A stretch of 64,000 nt of DNA from Eledone cirrhosa (taxonomy: Eukaryota). The position numbers and the translations under genes were made by a program. The notes under the pieces were generated by a model. The model had not been told where the DNA came from. It saw only the letters and a program-made list of their open reading frames with translations, and searched no databases. Of the stretch, positions 16,085 to 61,214 are shown piece by piece. The stretch spans positions 15,934,001 through 15,998,000 of the forward strand of contig OZ024747.1 in assembly GCA_964016885.1 (NCBI GenBank). Reading direction: 5' to 3'. Numbering within the stretch: the first letter of the stretch is position 1; each line of letters begins with the position of its first letter.

Positions 16085-16975
16085 ATATTTAAATTAGTAA
16101 TTGTTAATATTGTTTCGAAACTTGTACATTGCCTGGAAAGTTTTACCAATTTTATGATGACAATTACTAAATAATATATATTTTTTTGTTGATTAAACTG
16201 TCTTAATTTAAAATTATCTGTAGAGTCTCAAGGTTACAAAGATTGCAATTTCGGGAAATAGTTGAGTTCTGATAGGAATTAGCATCTTTAACTTTGTCCA
16301 AGAGATGGAGTATTTAATATTATTGTCCTTTAAAGACCATACTAATTGTGAGAGTGAAGTTGAACATTTCTTATCTGGTTTACTGAAAGAGTGTCTATCA
16401 TTATACCAACGTTACTTAAATTTAGATGAAGTGGCACCAATGTAGTTATATATATTATTATTTGTCTTAATGCTACATTTATATACTAGATTCTTGTCAA
16501 TGCAATTATTTTGTAAAGGACATTCGGACTTCTTTCTACAATTACATTCCTTCTCAATGTTATTTACAGACCTGAAACTATTCCCATTATTATTTAAAGG
16601 TGTGGTGGATTGGCAGTATCGGTAGAGGGTTTGACGCCATGCTTTCCAGCATAGTTACCTCCCTTTACGATCTGAGTTCAAATCCCGCCGAGGTTGACTT
16701 TGCCTTTCATCCTTACGGGGTCGATAAAATAAAGTACCAGTAATGCACTGGATGATTGCTGGCCTTGTGCCTAAAGTAGAAACAATTATTTAAAGGTGTT
16801 CTACTATTATTCATGTTTAAACTATTATTATTGTTATTCCCATTAACTAATGTATTGTTATTAATATTGTTATTATTGCTAATTATAGGTTGGTTCAAAT
16901 TAAGATTTTCACTACTTTTTGGTATATTTTGAGCAATATTCATAGTTGTTGAATAAGAAAGTTTAGAGTAATATT
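16085..16975 (-). mobile_element. 5'-truncated Penelope-like element: linker + GIY-YIG endonuclease, interrupted by a SINE
   Basis: After removing the SINE: KLSYSTTMNIAQNI, Asn-rich linker, CNCRKKSECPLQNNC, NLVYKC, YIGATSSKFK*RWYNDRHSF, LSQLVWSLK, ISW, CNLCNLE, NCHH. Confidence 0.85.
16603..16786 (+). mobile_element. tRNA-derived SINE inserted in the PLE GIY-YIG region
   Basis: TSD attatttaaaggtgt on both sides. Confidence 0.92.
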
Positions 16976-17322
16976 TATGTGACCTAGGGAAGGAATACGG
17001 TGCTGATGACAGCTAATAATCTAGAGACTAGTTCATCGTCCATTTGTCAGTGTTGAACAAAATGGCAACGATGGTTGCCGAACACTGTACGGCTAATAAT
17101 TCTGGCTGTTTGTTTACAAACAAACAGAGCATTATAATAAATGTTCGGTAAACTCACACGTCCCTATATATATGTGTGCATGCATGTATGTATATACATA
17201 CTACTGTAGGTCTGTATACATATATGTATGTACGTATACATACTTATATTTAAGTATCAGCCGTACTAAGAGTGAGAAATGAAATTTCATTTTTTCCATT
17301 TTTATATGCATATATATGTATG

Positions 17323-17628
<306 letters not shown>

Positions 17629-18124
17629 CCCATAGCGATTTTTTTGCCCTGCAAAGTGTTTGGCACTTCAGGGGTATTATTGGTTTAACGTGCAGGCAAC
17701 ACTGTTTCTAGGGTTTTAGGCTTGTTTTTAATTTTCTTCATTTGCATGACATTTGCACATTAAATCAATAAAAAACCCCATTAATTCGATGTTATGAGAA
17801 ATGGCAGGCACTGAGGTTAAGTATTGGAGTAGTAGTGATTGTATTGTTGGTACTATTATGATCATTTGTATTATTGCTGGTGGTGGTGTTATGTTACTGC
17901 AGTTGTATTTGTGATGACAGCGATGGTGGTGTTCATATAGATGGGGCCTTGGTGTTGCTTTCAGTGTGCTGGCGACATCGGAGACGAATCAGCGGAGAAT
18001 ATGTAATAATAGATATCTATCCCAATGCTGTACAATGTTTCCCCTCCAGTACACCATACAGCTGGTGATATTCCAACCATTTTATACATACGTACACACA
18101 TAGATATATACGTAGATAGATACG

Positions 18125-18294
<170 letters not shown>

Positions 18295-18399
18295 TAGAGA
18301 GAGAGTGAGAGGGAGAGAGAGAAGGGATTGATAGAAACACTGATAGGGAGATACATACAAACACATAGTTCCATGCAAACATACATACATGCATACATA

Positions 18400-18500
<101 letters not shown>

Positions 18501-18619
18501 AGTGAGGTTTTTTTACAAAGTGAAAAATAACCGAGGTGTCCTACACGAATGAAAGTATAAAGAAAAAAGATGAAATCGAAAATGCAACTGGAGTCTTATA
18601 TTTTTTTTAATATATATAT

Positions 18620-18932
18620 TTATGTGGTTCCTTTACCGGTTTCGCATTTCTTCTGCTTTTCAAAAGTAGAATTGAGATAGAGGGTCTGTGGTTTTTCTCA
18701 CTTGTGGGGGCATTCAAGTAAGGAGAGGCTGAACAAACTTTTCTCCAAGAGATGTATATAGTTAATATTTTTGTCTTTCATATCTAATAGCTTACTAGTT
18801 TAAAATCCTTTGTCTCAAAGGCTTATATATGTTTTTAAAATATACCCATCTTTCTACCTTATTTCAATATTATATAAATATATATATATATACTCATATA
18901 TATATATATATCTTTCTACCTTATTTCAATAT

Positions 18933-18973
<41 letters not shown>

Positions 18974-19362
18974 TATTGAAATAAAATAGAAAGATGAGTA
19001 TATTTTTAAAAGATAAATAAGCCTTTGTGAAAAAAGATTTTAAACTAGTAAGGTATTAGATATTAGCTGTATACTTTATGGAATGTTCTGTGGAATTTAT
19101 GCAAGCAGAGAGAAAATAAATCCGTCCGTCTATTTATTATATAATTGAAATTAGATAAAATGGTACACTTCTCAGCTAGGCAAAGATTACATGTTCTGGA
19201 TAGGGGGGCATTCAAGTAAGGAGAGGCAGAACAAACTTTTCTCCGAGAGATGTTATAGTTAATATTTTTGTCTTTCATATCTAATACCATACTAGTTTAA
19301 AATCCTTTTTCTCAATGGCTTATATATCTTTTAAAAATATACCCATCTTTCTACCTTATTTC

Positions 19363-19370
<8 letters not shown>
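18620..19370 (-). mobile_element. PLE GIY-YIG C-terminal remnant with duplicated and inverted pieces around a TA tract
   Basis: ORF 19063-19290 SPYLNAPLSRTCNLCLAEKCTIL..INRRTDLFSLCLH. 18706-18875 repeats 19203-19370 directly and 18970-19065 is an inverted copy. Confidence 0.75.
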
Positions 19371-19436
<66 letters not shown>

Positions 19437-20450
19437 ATAATAATAAATTTGAAGACTAAAATCCAAAGAGGGCTCGATAAGGATAAATATATATCAAATA
19501 TATAAGAACCGTAGAGCAAATATTTATTAAAATAACAGATTAAAGTTTAAGCAAAGAATCGCTGCTTTCACCCTTAACGGGATCTTCTGAGACTAACAAA
19601 GTCAATCTGTAAACGCAGAAGTGGATATTTCAAAAATCGTTGCAACCGGAGGAAGACAGGAAAGGGATACTTTGGTTCGTGGAAACGTTCGCTGGCAAAG
19701 AACGGGAAAAACGAATATAATACGTCATTAATTGGAGCGGTGAAAAACAATTACGCGCAAAGACAGAACCACGTTTATGGTATAAAAGTGGTCGTAGACT
19801 AATTCTCTCTTAGGTGGTTCATAGAGACGTTCTCTGGCAATGAACGAAAAAAACGAAGTTAATACGTCAACTGTGGATCGTGGAGAACAATAGCACGCAA
19901 AGACAAAACCACGTAAAAGGTATAGCCGAAGTCGTAGACTAAAATTCTAACTAGGAGACCAAATGAATCTCCGCTACAGAGTTAAGAACAAAGTAAATAT
20001 AATACAGAAGTAATAGAAATAAATAAATACATACACGCAAACAAATACGTACATGCACAAGCATACGCAAAAGACTTACCATAGGTATACAAAACCACGC
20101 ACATATAAATATGTGTGTGTGTGTGTATGCGTGTATACAAATAAATAAATAATTATATAAACGTATATAAATAAATAAATACGTATATAACAAGCGCACA
20201 TACATACCTACATGTAAATACACGAATGTTCGGAGACGTAAGTCAACCAAAACATGAAGTACACATATACACACACCCTACATACGTACGAACCTGCATA
20301 CTCACACAGACGCAAAACTCCCGTATACACATAGCCAAACCATATGTACCAGAATATATGAAAAAAGTATACGCTATAACATAAACAATCAAATATACGT
20401 ACGAGAAGGTATACAGTACCTTCACAAAACATACGGGTAAAATATACTTA
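19437..20450 (-). repeat. TA-inserted element, family C (inverted copy at 23412-24122)
   Basis: About 650 bp is the reverse complement of 23456-24122. Contains an internal tandem duplication of about 130 bp (gtcgtagactaa units). Confidence 0.85.
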
Positions 20451-21565
20451 CCTATGCAAAGTTGTTCATTTTCTAATTAAATAGCTCTGTTCTTATCATA
20501 GAGCATTCTTTTTCCTTGCTTTTTCTTCGGAATTACCTAACACACACACACATATATATTTATAGGTATATATAGATATACCAAATTCGTCGAAGAGAAT
20601 CGGCACAGCTCCGGTCATTTCCTTACTCACTCAATGCTATATTTAGGTTTGTATTTTAAAAAATACAAACTCTTTACTCAGAGTGCACACATTCGTAGGA
20701 GAAACGATTTCATGTGGGTATGACATTAACATCTCAATATCGCAGACCAAATCTTGGTTTCTGCAATTCCCACTGCAATTACCTTCCGCAGAAATGATGT
20801 TATTCAGGAGATATTATGTAATTTGACTCGAAATTGCTTCCTTAGCGGGTGCTTGCCTCCCAGGACTGGAAAGATAGTTTAACCAGCTAGTACACAGAAA
20901 TGACGGTCATCACCATGTGGAGTAGAATAGTAAACCTAGACGTTTAGTGACATGTAACATCACATCAATGAGTAGCGATGCCTGATATGACCATTTGCAG
21001 TGAACACGATGCTGGCAATTCAAAATAAAAAGATTGAGCCCGACAAAAAGACTCTACCAGTGCAAAGTGCTTCTGTACAAATATAATTGCTTCTACTTTT
21101 GGCGCAAGCCAGTGTATTACTGGTACTGTATTTGCACAAAAATAATGAGACATTTACGGGCAATAAATACACAAATCGAACTGGTATAAATAAATAAATA
21201 AAATTTCAACATACAAGTCAAATATATATATATACACAGACACACACACACACATATATATATATATATGGAGGAAGTAATAGTCCACTTGAAGCATTGT
21301 GTAATGAGGTATAAACGTTTGAATTTGTAAAGCCAAACAATGCAGGTATGGACATAGAATAAAAATGCAAATTGAAAAGATATTTTTAGATTTATTTTTA
21401 GATTTATTAGATTTATTTAAATGTCCTGAATTTTCGAGATAAGATTAAGGACATTTAAATAAATCTAAGGTAAAAGACTAATTGTCAACAATATCGTTTG
21501 CATTTGCATTTTTATTCTATGTCCATATCCTGCATTGTTTGGCTTTACAAATTCAAACGTTTATA

Positions 21566-21640
<75 letters not shown>

Positions 21641-21717
21641 CGAAGGAAATGTGGTAAGGAACCAGATGATGGACCATAAAGCACCAAATTACTCAATACT
21701 TAGGGTAGTAGAGTGGG

Positions 21718-21764
<47 letters not shown>

Positions 21765-22016
21765 GATATTAAACAAATGGAGACTATATTTATAAAACCA
21801 TATTTATTTCATTATATATATTTCAGGGATATCATATTAAAAATATGGTATGCCTTCCTCAGACAAAATACAATATATAAACCGTTTTATAAATAAGTTT
21901 GATATACCTTAAACATTACAACTTCCATTTAAAAAGTTGATTTGGTAGAACTTTTTAAATGGAAGTTGTAATGTTTAAGGTATGTCAAATTTATTTATAA
22001 AACGGTTTATATATTG

Positions 22017-22082
22017 TATTTTGTCTGAGGAAGGCATACCATATTTTTAATATGATATCCCTGAAATATATATAATGAAATA
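22017..22082 (+). ncRNA. Type I hammerhead ribozyme (mirror copy on minus strand at 21805-21870)
   Basis: tattttgt-CTGAGGA-agg...cct-GAAA-tatata-TA-atgaaata, with an 8-bp stem I including G-U pairs. Confidence 0.7.
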
Positions 22083-22210
22083 AATATGGTTTTATAAATA
22101 TAGTCTCCATTTGTTTAATATCGTAAATCTACTCCAAAACTTGTTGAGTGCTTTTATATCAGTTATAAAATATTTACTCGTTGTAACGCAACAATTTTAA
22201 ATAAAACTTT

Positions 22211-22315
<105 letters not shown>

Positions 22316-22654
22316 TTATTTATTTATATATATGTCTGTGTTTGTGTGTGTGTGTATGTGTGTGTATGGGTGTGCGTAATTCAAGAATATCTGTAGGTAC
22401 CTTGCATATGAGTTCTATAGTGTTTCGCTGTGAAAATTAGCTTAATGTTTCATGAAAAGAAATCAAATTTCTGTTTCTAAATTCCATTATGTTTTTTCAT
22501 ATTATATTTTGATTTGGTGTTTTATTTTTATTACAAGGACTTCCAGTAGAATGAACTTAGAGTGACCTTTATTAAGTCATTTTATTAGTAGCATTTATAA
22601 ACATCTCCTAGTTAAATTGGTATGTATATATATATATACGAGTTAGCAGCCACC

Positions 22655-22778
<124 letters not shown>

Positions 22779-22873
22779 TGGCTGCCAACTAGTTTTCGTG
22801 TACGGCCACTACTTTATATCCATGTAGGGGAACCTCTACTCTACATATACACATATATGTATATACATACATG

Positions 22874-22947
<74 letters not shown>

Positions 22948-22996
22948 TACATACATATATACATATATGATGTATGTAAATCTATATATATATGTA

Positions 22997-23140
<144 letters not shown>

Positions 23141-23315
23141 AACGAGTAGGGCCCCGACGGCTGACCTCGAGCCATTTCGACGGATAATTCTGGACTAAAA
23201 TGGCTCGAGCTCTGCCGTCGGGGTCATACATTTTCTTATTACCCACTCTACTACCCTCAGTATTGAGTACTTTGGTGCGTTATGGTCCATCTGGTTCCTT
23301 ACCACATTTCCTTCG

Positions 23316-23419
<104 letters not shown>

Positions 23420-24122
23420 TAAAATAACAGATTAAAGTTTAAGCAAAGAATCGCTGGTTGTATACCTATGGTATACCTATGGTAAGGTTTTGCGTATGCT
23501 TGTGTATGTACGTATTTGTTTGCGTGTATGTATTTATTTATTTCTATTACTTCTGTATTGTATTTATTTACTTTGTTCTTAACTCTGTAGCGGAGATTTA
23601 TTTGGTCTCCAAGAATTTTAGTCTACGACTTCTGCTATACCATTTACGTGGTTTTGTCTTTGCGTGCAATTGTTCTCCCGCTCCACATATGACTCATTAT
23701 CTTCGTTTTTTCCGTTCATTGCCAGAGAACGTCTCTATGCACCACCTAAGAGAACATTAGTCTACGACCTCTTTTATACCTAAACGTGGTTCTGTCTTTG
23801 CGCGTAATTGTTTTTCACCGCTCCTTTTAATGACGTATTATATTCGTTTTTTCCCGTTCTATGCCAGCGAACGTTTCCACGAACCAAAGTATCGTCTTCC
23901 TGTCTTCCTCCGGTTGCAACGTTTTTTGAAATATCCAGTTCTGCGTTTACAGATTGACTTTGTTAGTTTCAGAAGATCCCGTTAATGGTGAAAGCAGCGA
24001 TTCTTTGCTTAAACTTTAATCTGTTATTTTAATAAATATTTGCTCTACGGTTCTTATATATTTGATATATATTTATCCTTATCGAGCCCTCTTTGGATTT
24101 TAGTCTTCAATTTTATTATTAT

Positions 24123-24212
<90 letters not shown>

Positions 24213-24216
<4 letters not shown>

Positions 24217-24277
24217 GGTGTACCCATTGCTTGTATAGGCAATCAATGTGTGTATACATTTTTGGGGACACCTTTAC
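24213..24277. mobile_element. Tc1/mariner-like MITE remnant (related ends at about 28727-28835)
   Basis: TA|cagggtg start and tgtatacatttttggggacacc end. Similar terminus tgtataaatgttttggtgagaccctg|ta at 28810-28835. Confidence 0.4.
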
Positions 24278-24279
24278 AT

Positions 24280-24316
<37 letters not shown>

Positions 24317-25581
24317 ATAATGATAATAAAATTTAGAAATAAACAAAAAAGATTACTCAAATACCAAACCAAAACAAAAACAAACAAGAAGACATGTTTG
24401 TTGCAGGCTATGAATGATTGAGAGTAATGGTAGCTTCCGGTTATCGCTCTAATCATCAAACCAGATAAATCATGCTGAAAAGTAGGTCCGAAAGCTTCAC
24501 AAGTAAAATTGACTGATTATTGTAATGGCGTTCAGTGTTTATTGTGTTTTCTGAAGCCACACATTAACATTTAGTTTTCCCGTTTTCAGTCAGATCGAAT
24601 TACGTTTATTTTATACACATTTGATTTTTTAGTGTTATTAGTGATTTACGCGAGGGCGGTGGATTAGCAGTATCGGTAGAGAGTTAGACACTATGTTTTG
24701 CAGCATAGAGTTACGGCCCTTTATGATCTGAGTTCAAAACCCACCGAAGTTAACTTTGCCTTTCATCCTCACGGGGTCGATAAAATAAAGTACCAGTCAC
24801 GCACTGGAATCGATTTAATCGACTTTCCCTTCCCCCAAAATTGCTGGCCTTGTGCCTATATAAGAAACCATTAGTGCTTTATTCCCCCCCCCCCCTCTCA
24901 CCTTAGCTTTTTCTCTTTATGCTTTTTTGAGTTTTAGATTTAAATCCGTTAGTTTTCACCTGGGGTATGACTACCTTTCTGTCACAAAGGACAGAATGTT
25001 GCACAGGTAATACAGTAATACAAAGAAAACGACAAACGTTAATATGGATACGTAGACTTATATATACATATGAGTCGCGGATTCAATAGAGAGTAACCAC
25101 AGTACATAAGGTACTCAATAAGGTAACCACAGTAATTAAGGTACTTAGTAGGATGTAGACATCAAATTTAATATAGAAATGGCTTCTACCGTACTAGAAC
25201 TGTTTAATTCGAAAGAAATCTCCAGGAAAGCCCTGATGATTTGTTTTGAATGAAACGGTCCTAGTCCTGTAGAAGCCACTTCCATATTAAATATTATATA
25301 GGAGATGGTCATTTTGCCGATTTTACCAATAAATTTACAGACACAAACACACACACATATACGTGTGTGTGTGGTTGTGTGTGTCTGTATATATTCATGT
25401 GTGTACACATATACAATTGAAAATGCCCCCAAAGACGAGCAAATCATATGCGTTATGTAGTTAAATTAACAAGCTTCGACGGTGCAACAAACAATATATG
25501 TACGTATACATGCGTACATATGTAACAATCCTGTACCCCGCCCCTTTCCTCTATCCCCCCTCTCTATATTTCTCTCTTTCC

Positions 25582-25785
<204 letters not shown>

Positions 25786-26189
25786 GAAGTATTTCCGTCG
25801 GAAACGTAGTTATGTAATAAACAACATAAGATAATTATTTCTTTTACCAGTGGTTTCTTGAAGGCAGATGTTATGTCTGTCTTCAGTCGTCAGAATGAAT
25901 AAATAACATGGTGTTTTTATTAAATATGGATTTGAAAACAAAATTTAGGAAATATGAAAGTGAGGCTGAAAATACGAGCAAAAAGGAAATAAGGGAAAAA
26001 AAATATTTAAATAAATATCCAGAACATAAACATACGCACACTCAACCACGCACATATACATAATAGTACGTAGACGTATACCTTCTCACATAAGCGTATT
26101 TGCGTCTACATGGAAATACGAACAGGCACATAAATACATACACATACATATACACAAATATATATGCACTCATATTTATGCTTCGACGC

Positions 26190-26508
26190 ATTCTGAACGT
26201 AAACTGGTGACATCTGACTTTGAGAGAGATATGCCTGCCTCCCATGCATATCTGAGGTACGTAAAAGGAGAGTAAGATTTGCTGGCCACTGTTATCGTGC
26301 CACATATGACGTTGTGTCCCCATTAGTGCTTCAGAAACCCCAAGCAGTCACTAATAACAGGGGTCGCAAGCTCTGCTCTCCCGTTGTCATCTCCAGAGAT
26401 ACTGGTATTGAAATCCAGGACTTGGAAACGGCAATGAATGACAGACCCAGGTGGAGATTAATTGTTGAGTCTATTTCAACTAAGGCCGCCGGATGATGAT
26501 GATGATGA
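26190..26508 (+). mobile_element. RTE-like LINE 3' remnant with (TGA)n tail
   Basis: FAGHC..., AMNDRPRWRLIV C-terminus, then tgatgatgatgatga. Confidence 0.65.
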
Positions 26509-26575
26509 CAATATATATATATAGATAGATAATAAGAAAATGCGAAGTAGTTATTGTTAAAGTCTTTTATTGACA

Positions 26576-26654
26576 AAGCTATGATACATATTTCGATGAC
26601 GACAGTGGCCCCGCGATTCCGCGTACCCTATGCCATTATCTCATCAGACAGCTT
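26576..26654 (-). ncRNA. Type I hammerhead ribozyme (minimal, PLE-type)
   Basis: aagctgt-CTGATGA-gataatggc...gccactgtcgtcatc-GAAA-tatgta-TC-atagctt, with a 7-bp stem I. Confidence 0.75.
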
Positions 26655-27716
26655 CTTACACGAAAAGTTTCAAATTTATGCACATCAAAATCTGGTAGTG
26701 AACAATTCTTTCTTAATATTTAATTATGTTTAAACATCCTTTCAATAATTGTTTCTACTTTAGGCACAAGGCCAGCAATTACCCAGTGCATTACTGGTAC
26801 TTTATTTTATCGACCCCGTAAGGATGAAAGGCAAAGTCAACCTCGGCGGGACTTGAACTCAGATCGTAAAGGGACGTAACTATGCTGGAAAGCATGGCGT
26901 CCGACCCTCTACCGATACTGCCAATACACCGCCCTTTCAATAATGGGATCAACAATTAATACATGTTAAACAAAATCTCTAAAAAGGATTCCACTGCAAG
27001 CACTGTGGTGTTTTTTATTTGCACCATGAAATTTTAAGATTTCCTTGTTCATATATCTGATCAAAACAATCAAATGTTTCAAGATTTCTTGTGGCCTAAT
27101 TTTCTACTGGTTAATGGACAACAACTGGTTTTCATTTAGATAAATACGAATTCAACTTCTCACCAGGTCTAACTGTTTTATTAATGGTCACTATTTTTCT
27201 CATGATTTCGTAATTAGTAACCAGTAAGGAGGAGGTAACACCCCCCCCCCATCTCTCTCTCCCACTCTACCCCCTCCCTTTCTCTCTGTACAGAAAGAAA
27301 GAGTACATTTCCATTTCTTGAGGTAGATATACCAAACATTGACATCACAATTCTTCACCTTTCTCAAGTCTCTTCTGTTTGTATATTGGTAAAACTTTCG
27401 CGGATTATACTTTGGTAATTTAGCACAAAGCGTCCCTGCCATGATTGGGTCTGTTGATAAGTTCACTTGGATTTCAGTAAGACATAGCTTTCATATACCT
27501 AAGTGTAATCACATTTTTCTGTATTTTATTAGAAAACATCTTATCCAACGCCAATTAATCAGCTGTTGTTTTATATACTGATGAAAAACTATGATGAAAA
27601 ACAATGCAGTAGTCTATGTGTTAATGTCGAATATATACGCTTAATTCTTAACTTTAACAATGACATATTTGTGTATATTAATTACAGTTAGCGTATGGTT
27701 TTACACGCATACACTC

Positions 27717-28571
27717 TTACTTGTACTTGTACTTGTACTTGTGTCGACATTCACCCTGAATGGGTTGAGCCGGCTTCTTCCCTTGTCTTGACGGCATCCC
27801 GAACCATGTCAGCCCACGCACGACGGTCCCGGCTAGGTCACTGGAAATAGCGAGCCAGTCACGGTTCCATCGGCGCAGACCGACCACCTGCGGACCTGAG
27901 AGTTCGGTGAGGTCCTGCCTGATCGTCGTTGCCCAGGTCATCAGCTGCCCGCTAACGCGCTTGCGCCTTGTCCCGTTGGAACCACTGTTGAACCCAGGTA
28001 AACGAAGGAATCCACATCCTCCAGGTCCACGCCCTCGAGAGATATTGGCTGCCAGGCATCAGGCGAGACCAGTGACGTCATGACTTTCGACTTGACTTTC
28101 GACGGCATTGATTCGTAGACCAACAGCGGTGGCTGCAGTGTGCACCCTTTCGAGAGTACCTTGTGCATCTGTCCCGTTAGCGCCCATCAGCACGATGTCA
28201 TCCGCGTAGGCCAGGTCTGTCACCACGACCCCTCTCCCGACCTCTACGCCCGGGTAATCCCGGAGCGCTATGTTGAGATTGTAGTCAATAGCGTAGTTAA
28301 AGAGAGTTGGCGATAGCGCACACCCCTGCCGAACACCGGTCCCCAAATCGAACGACTCCGTCTCCCCACCATAAACCCTCACTCGAGCCGGAGTGGACAG
28401 GTAGTAGCCTTGTATGAGACGAAGCAGCTTCACTGGAATGCCGTCCGCCTGCATTATACGCCAGAGAGCTTCCCGATCTACCGTGTCGAAGGCAGCTGCA
28501 AAGTGGATGAAGCAGAGGACGGTAGGCTGTTGATATGCCCACCGTTGTTCCAGGACATGCCGGAGATTGAA
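27717..28571 (-). mobile_element. RTE-clade LINE, 5'-truncated and internally deleted, with TSD
   Basis: AAAFDTVDREALW, GVRQGCALSPTLFN, LAYADD, FVYLGS. (ACAAGT)n tail. 12-bp TSD acgcatacactc at 27705-27716 and 28572-28583. Confidence 0.9.
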
Positions 28572-28987
28572 ACGCATACACTCACACAAGCGCGAATACA
28601 CACAGAGAAACAGGCATATATATACACACACAAACACACGCACATATATAGAGAGAGCGAGAGATGGTTATATAGATATGAATCAAGACGAAAAACGCAA
28701 ATACTGTGATACAAGTATTAGTAGTTTTACACAAGGTCTCCCCCCCCCCCCCCCGCCAAAAAAAAATGTATATACCCTTTAACACGCTCACAGCAAATAA
28801 CTCAAATATGTATAAATGTTTTGGTGAGACCCTGTATATATATATACCAACGTATGCAAACATTCACGGTGGATAAAATGTTACTATACGAAATATAGAA
28901 ATATACACCAAAGAAAGATAACTCCGCAAAAAAGAAGAAGTTATTTCCCTGGAAAACCAAGAAACGTTATATCTATACTCTTATTAA

Positions 28988-29207
28988 CTCTTTAACATAT
29001 ATACCTACTATATCTGGCCAGAATTCTTCCACCTCTCTCTGTTGCAACCGTCAGTAACTGGCCACTCATACTGATGTTAAGGTATTGTTCTCAAAATAGA
29101 TAACATCAAAATCTCATAGATTCGATATTATGTTAAATAATCATGTAAGATTAAGCCTTTACCAGGAAAATACAAAAGTATATATAGAGTAACGTAAATC
29201 TAAAGGG
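28988..29207. mobile_element. piggyBac-like MITE, diverged inverted copy of 6479-6690
   Basis: Shares tgatgttaaggtattgtt..caaaata.ataacatca.aatctcat with the reverse complement of 6560-6610. Confidence 0.55.
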
Positions 29208-29919
29208 TAAAGCTCTATTTTTTTCTTTATTTCTTGCTAACACACGACTGTAAATTCTGCTGTTTAGATATTGTTTGTTGTTATTTATTTCTCTTGGGAC
29301 AAACCTTTGTTCAAAGAATTTACAGCCGGTGCCATCATGCTGTTTTCTACAGCCATAAGAAATTAGCCTGATCTAATGTGTCCTTTAGATGTTTAGCGGG
29401 AAGCGTGTAATTTTAAGGGTGTTATGCTGCTATATTTAAATGGCCTATTGATTGGAAGTATCGGTAGAGAGTTGTTTACACCATGATTTCCAGCATAGAG
29501 TTACAGTCCTTTACGGTCTGAACTCAAATCCCGCCGAGGTTAACTTTGCCTTTCATCCTTACGGGGTCGATAAAATAAAGCACCATTAACGTACTATGGT
29601 CGATTTAATCGACTTTCTACTCCCCCCCTCCCCAAGTTACTGGCCTTGTACCTATATTAGAAATCATATTTAGATGACCTGGTGTCTTTGTAAAGGTGTT
29701 GTTTGTTAGTTCGTTGCCGTTATAAATGTGTCTGTGTGTTTGTGGGTCAGACCTTAATATAGCAACAACTATACTTGTTATAGGCTGCTATAAGCTGCTG
29801 ATAGAGTGACTGGACTTCATAGGTTTCTTCGTTGGACTTCTTACATCATAAATGCAATTGGTGGGCGAAAAAGCATGCAGTTTATAATGCGTTAATGTAT
29901 TTTGTCAGAATAGGTCCTG

Positions 29920-60419
<30,500 letters not shown>

Positions 60420-60814
60420 GGTTAAAGAAGCTATTCAAATGATAATTTGTTAATATATATGAACATTAATAGAGTGAAAAATTACAGTATAACTCCCTCG
60501 TTTATATTTCATTGTCTGATTATTTTTTCAATATAAAATTATCTATTTTGTGATATCTGTCACACACTAAAACTTTCATTCGCCAAAGTGACAATGATAA
60601 CGATCATGTAATCAATGTTGTTATTATAACAGTTGTTGTTGTTGTGATTAATATCGGGCGTGGGGGGGGGGGATGATGATTATGATGATGATGATAATCT
60701 TAATATATATATATATGAAATATGTTCGTGTGCGTGCGTATGTATGTATATCTGTCTAGGAAGGTAATTTACTACAGGCATATACACACACAGACACACA
60801 CATACTCCCCCCCC

Positions 60815-60866
<52 letters not shown>

Positions 60867-60968
60867 ACTTAAAAGTGACTTTGCATGCGAGAAATGAAAT
60901 TTTCAAGTATTCTTATATATATATATATTTATATTAATATATATTAATATATATATATATATATATAT

Positions 60969-61148
60969 AACGAAGGAAATGTGGTAAGGAACCAGGTGGA
61001 CCATAACGCACCAAAGTACTCAATACTTAGGGTAGTAGAGTGGGTAATAGGAACCAGTAAGACCCCGACAGCTGAGCTCAAACCGTTTCGACGGCTAATT
61101 CTTAGCCGTCGAAACGGCTTGAGCTCAGCAGTCGGGGTCTTACTGGTT

Positions 61149-61152
<4 letters not shown>
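60969..61152. repeat. TA-inserted short fold-back element, family A (other copies 1046-1161, 21639-21717, 23137-23317, 34722-34872, 43340-43529)
   Basis: Shared aacgaaggaaatgtggtaaggaaccag...agtactcaatacttagggtagtagagtgggta. Every copy is flanked by (TA)n and five carry an inverted partial duplicate. Confidence 0.85.

Positions 61153-61214
<62 letters not shown>

Noticed and set aside
16713-16943. Stand-alone GIY-YIG gene starting at the Met at 16943
   Set aside because: The in-frame upstream KLSYSTT is the PLE post-RT linker motif, so this is a 5'-truncated retroelement rather than an independent gene.
16996-17090. Hammerhead at tacggtg-CTGATGA...cactgta
   Set aside because: A stem I-like pairing exists, but there is no properly placed GAAA or NUH triplet.
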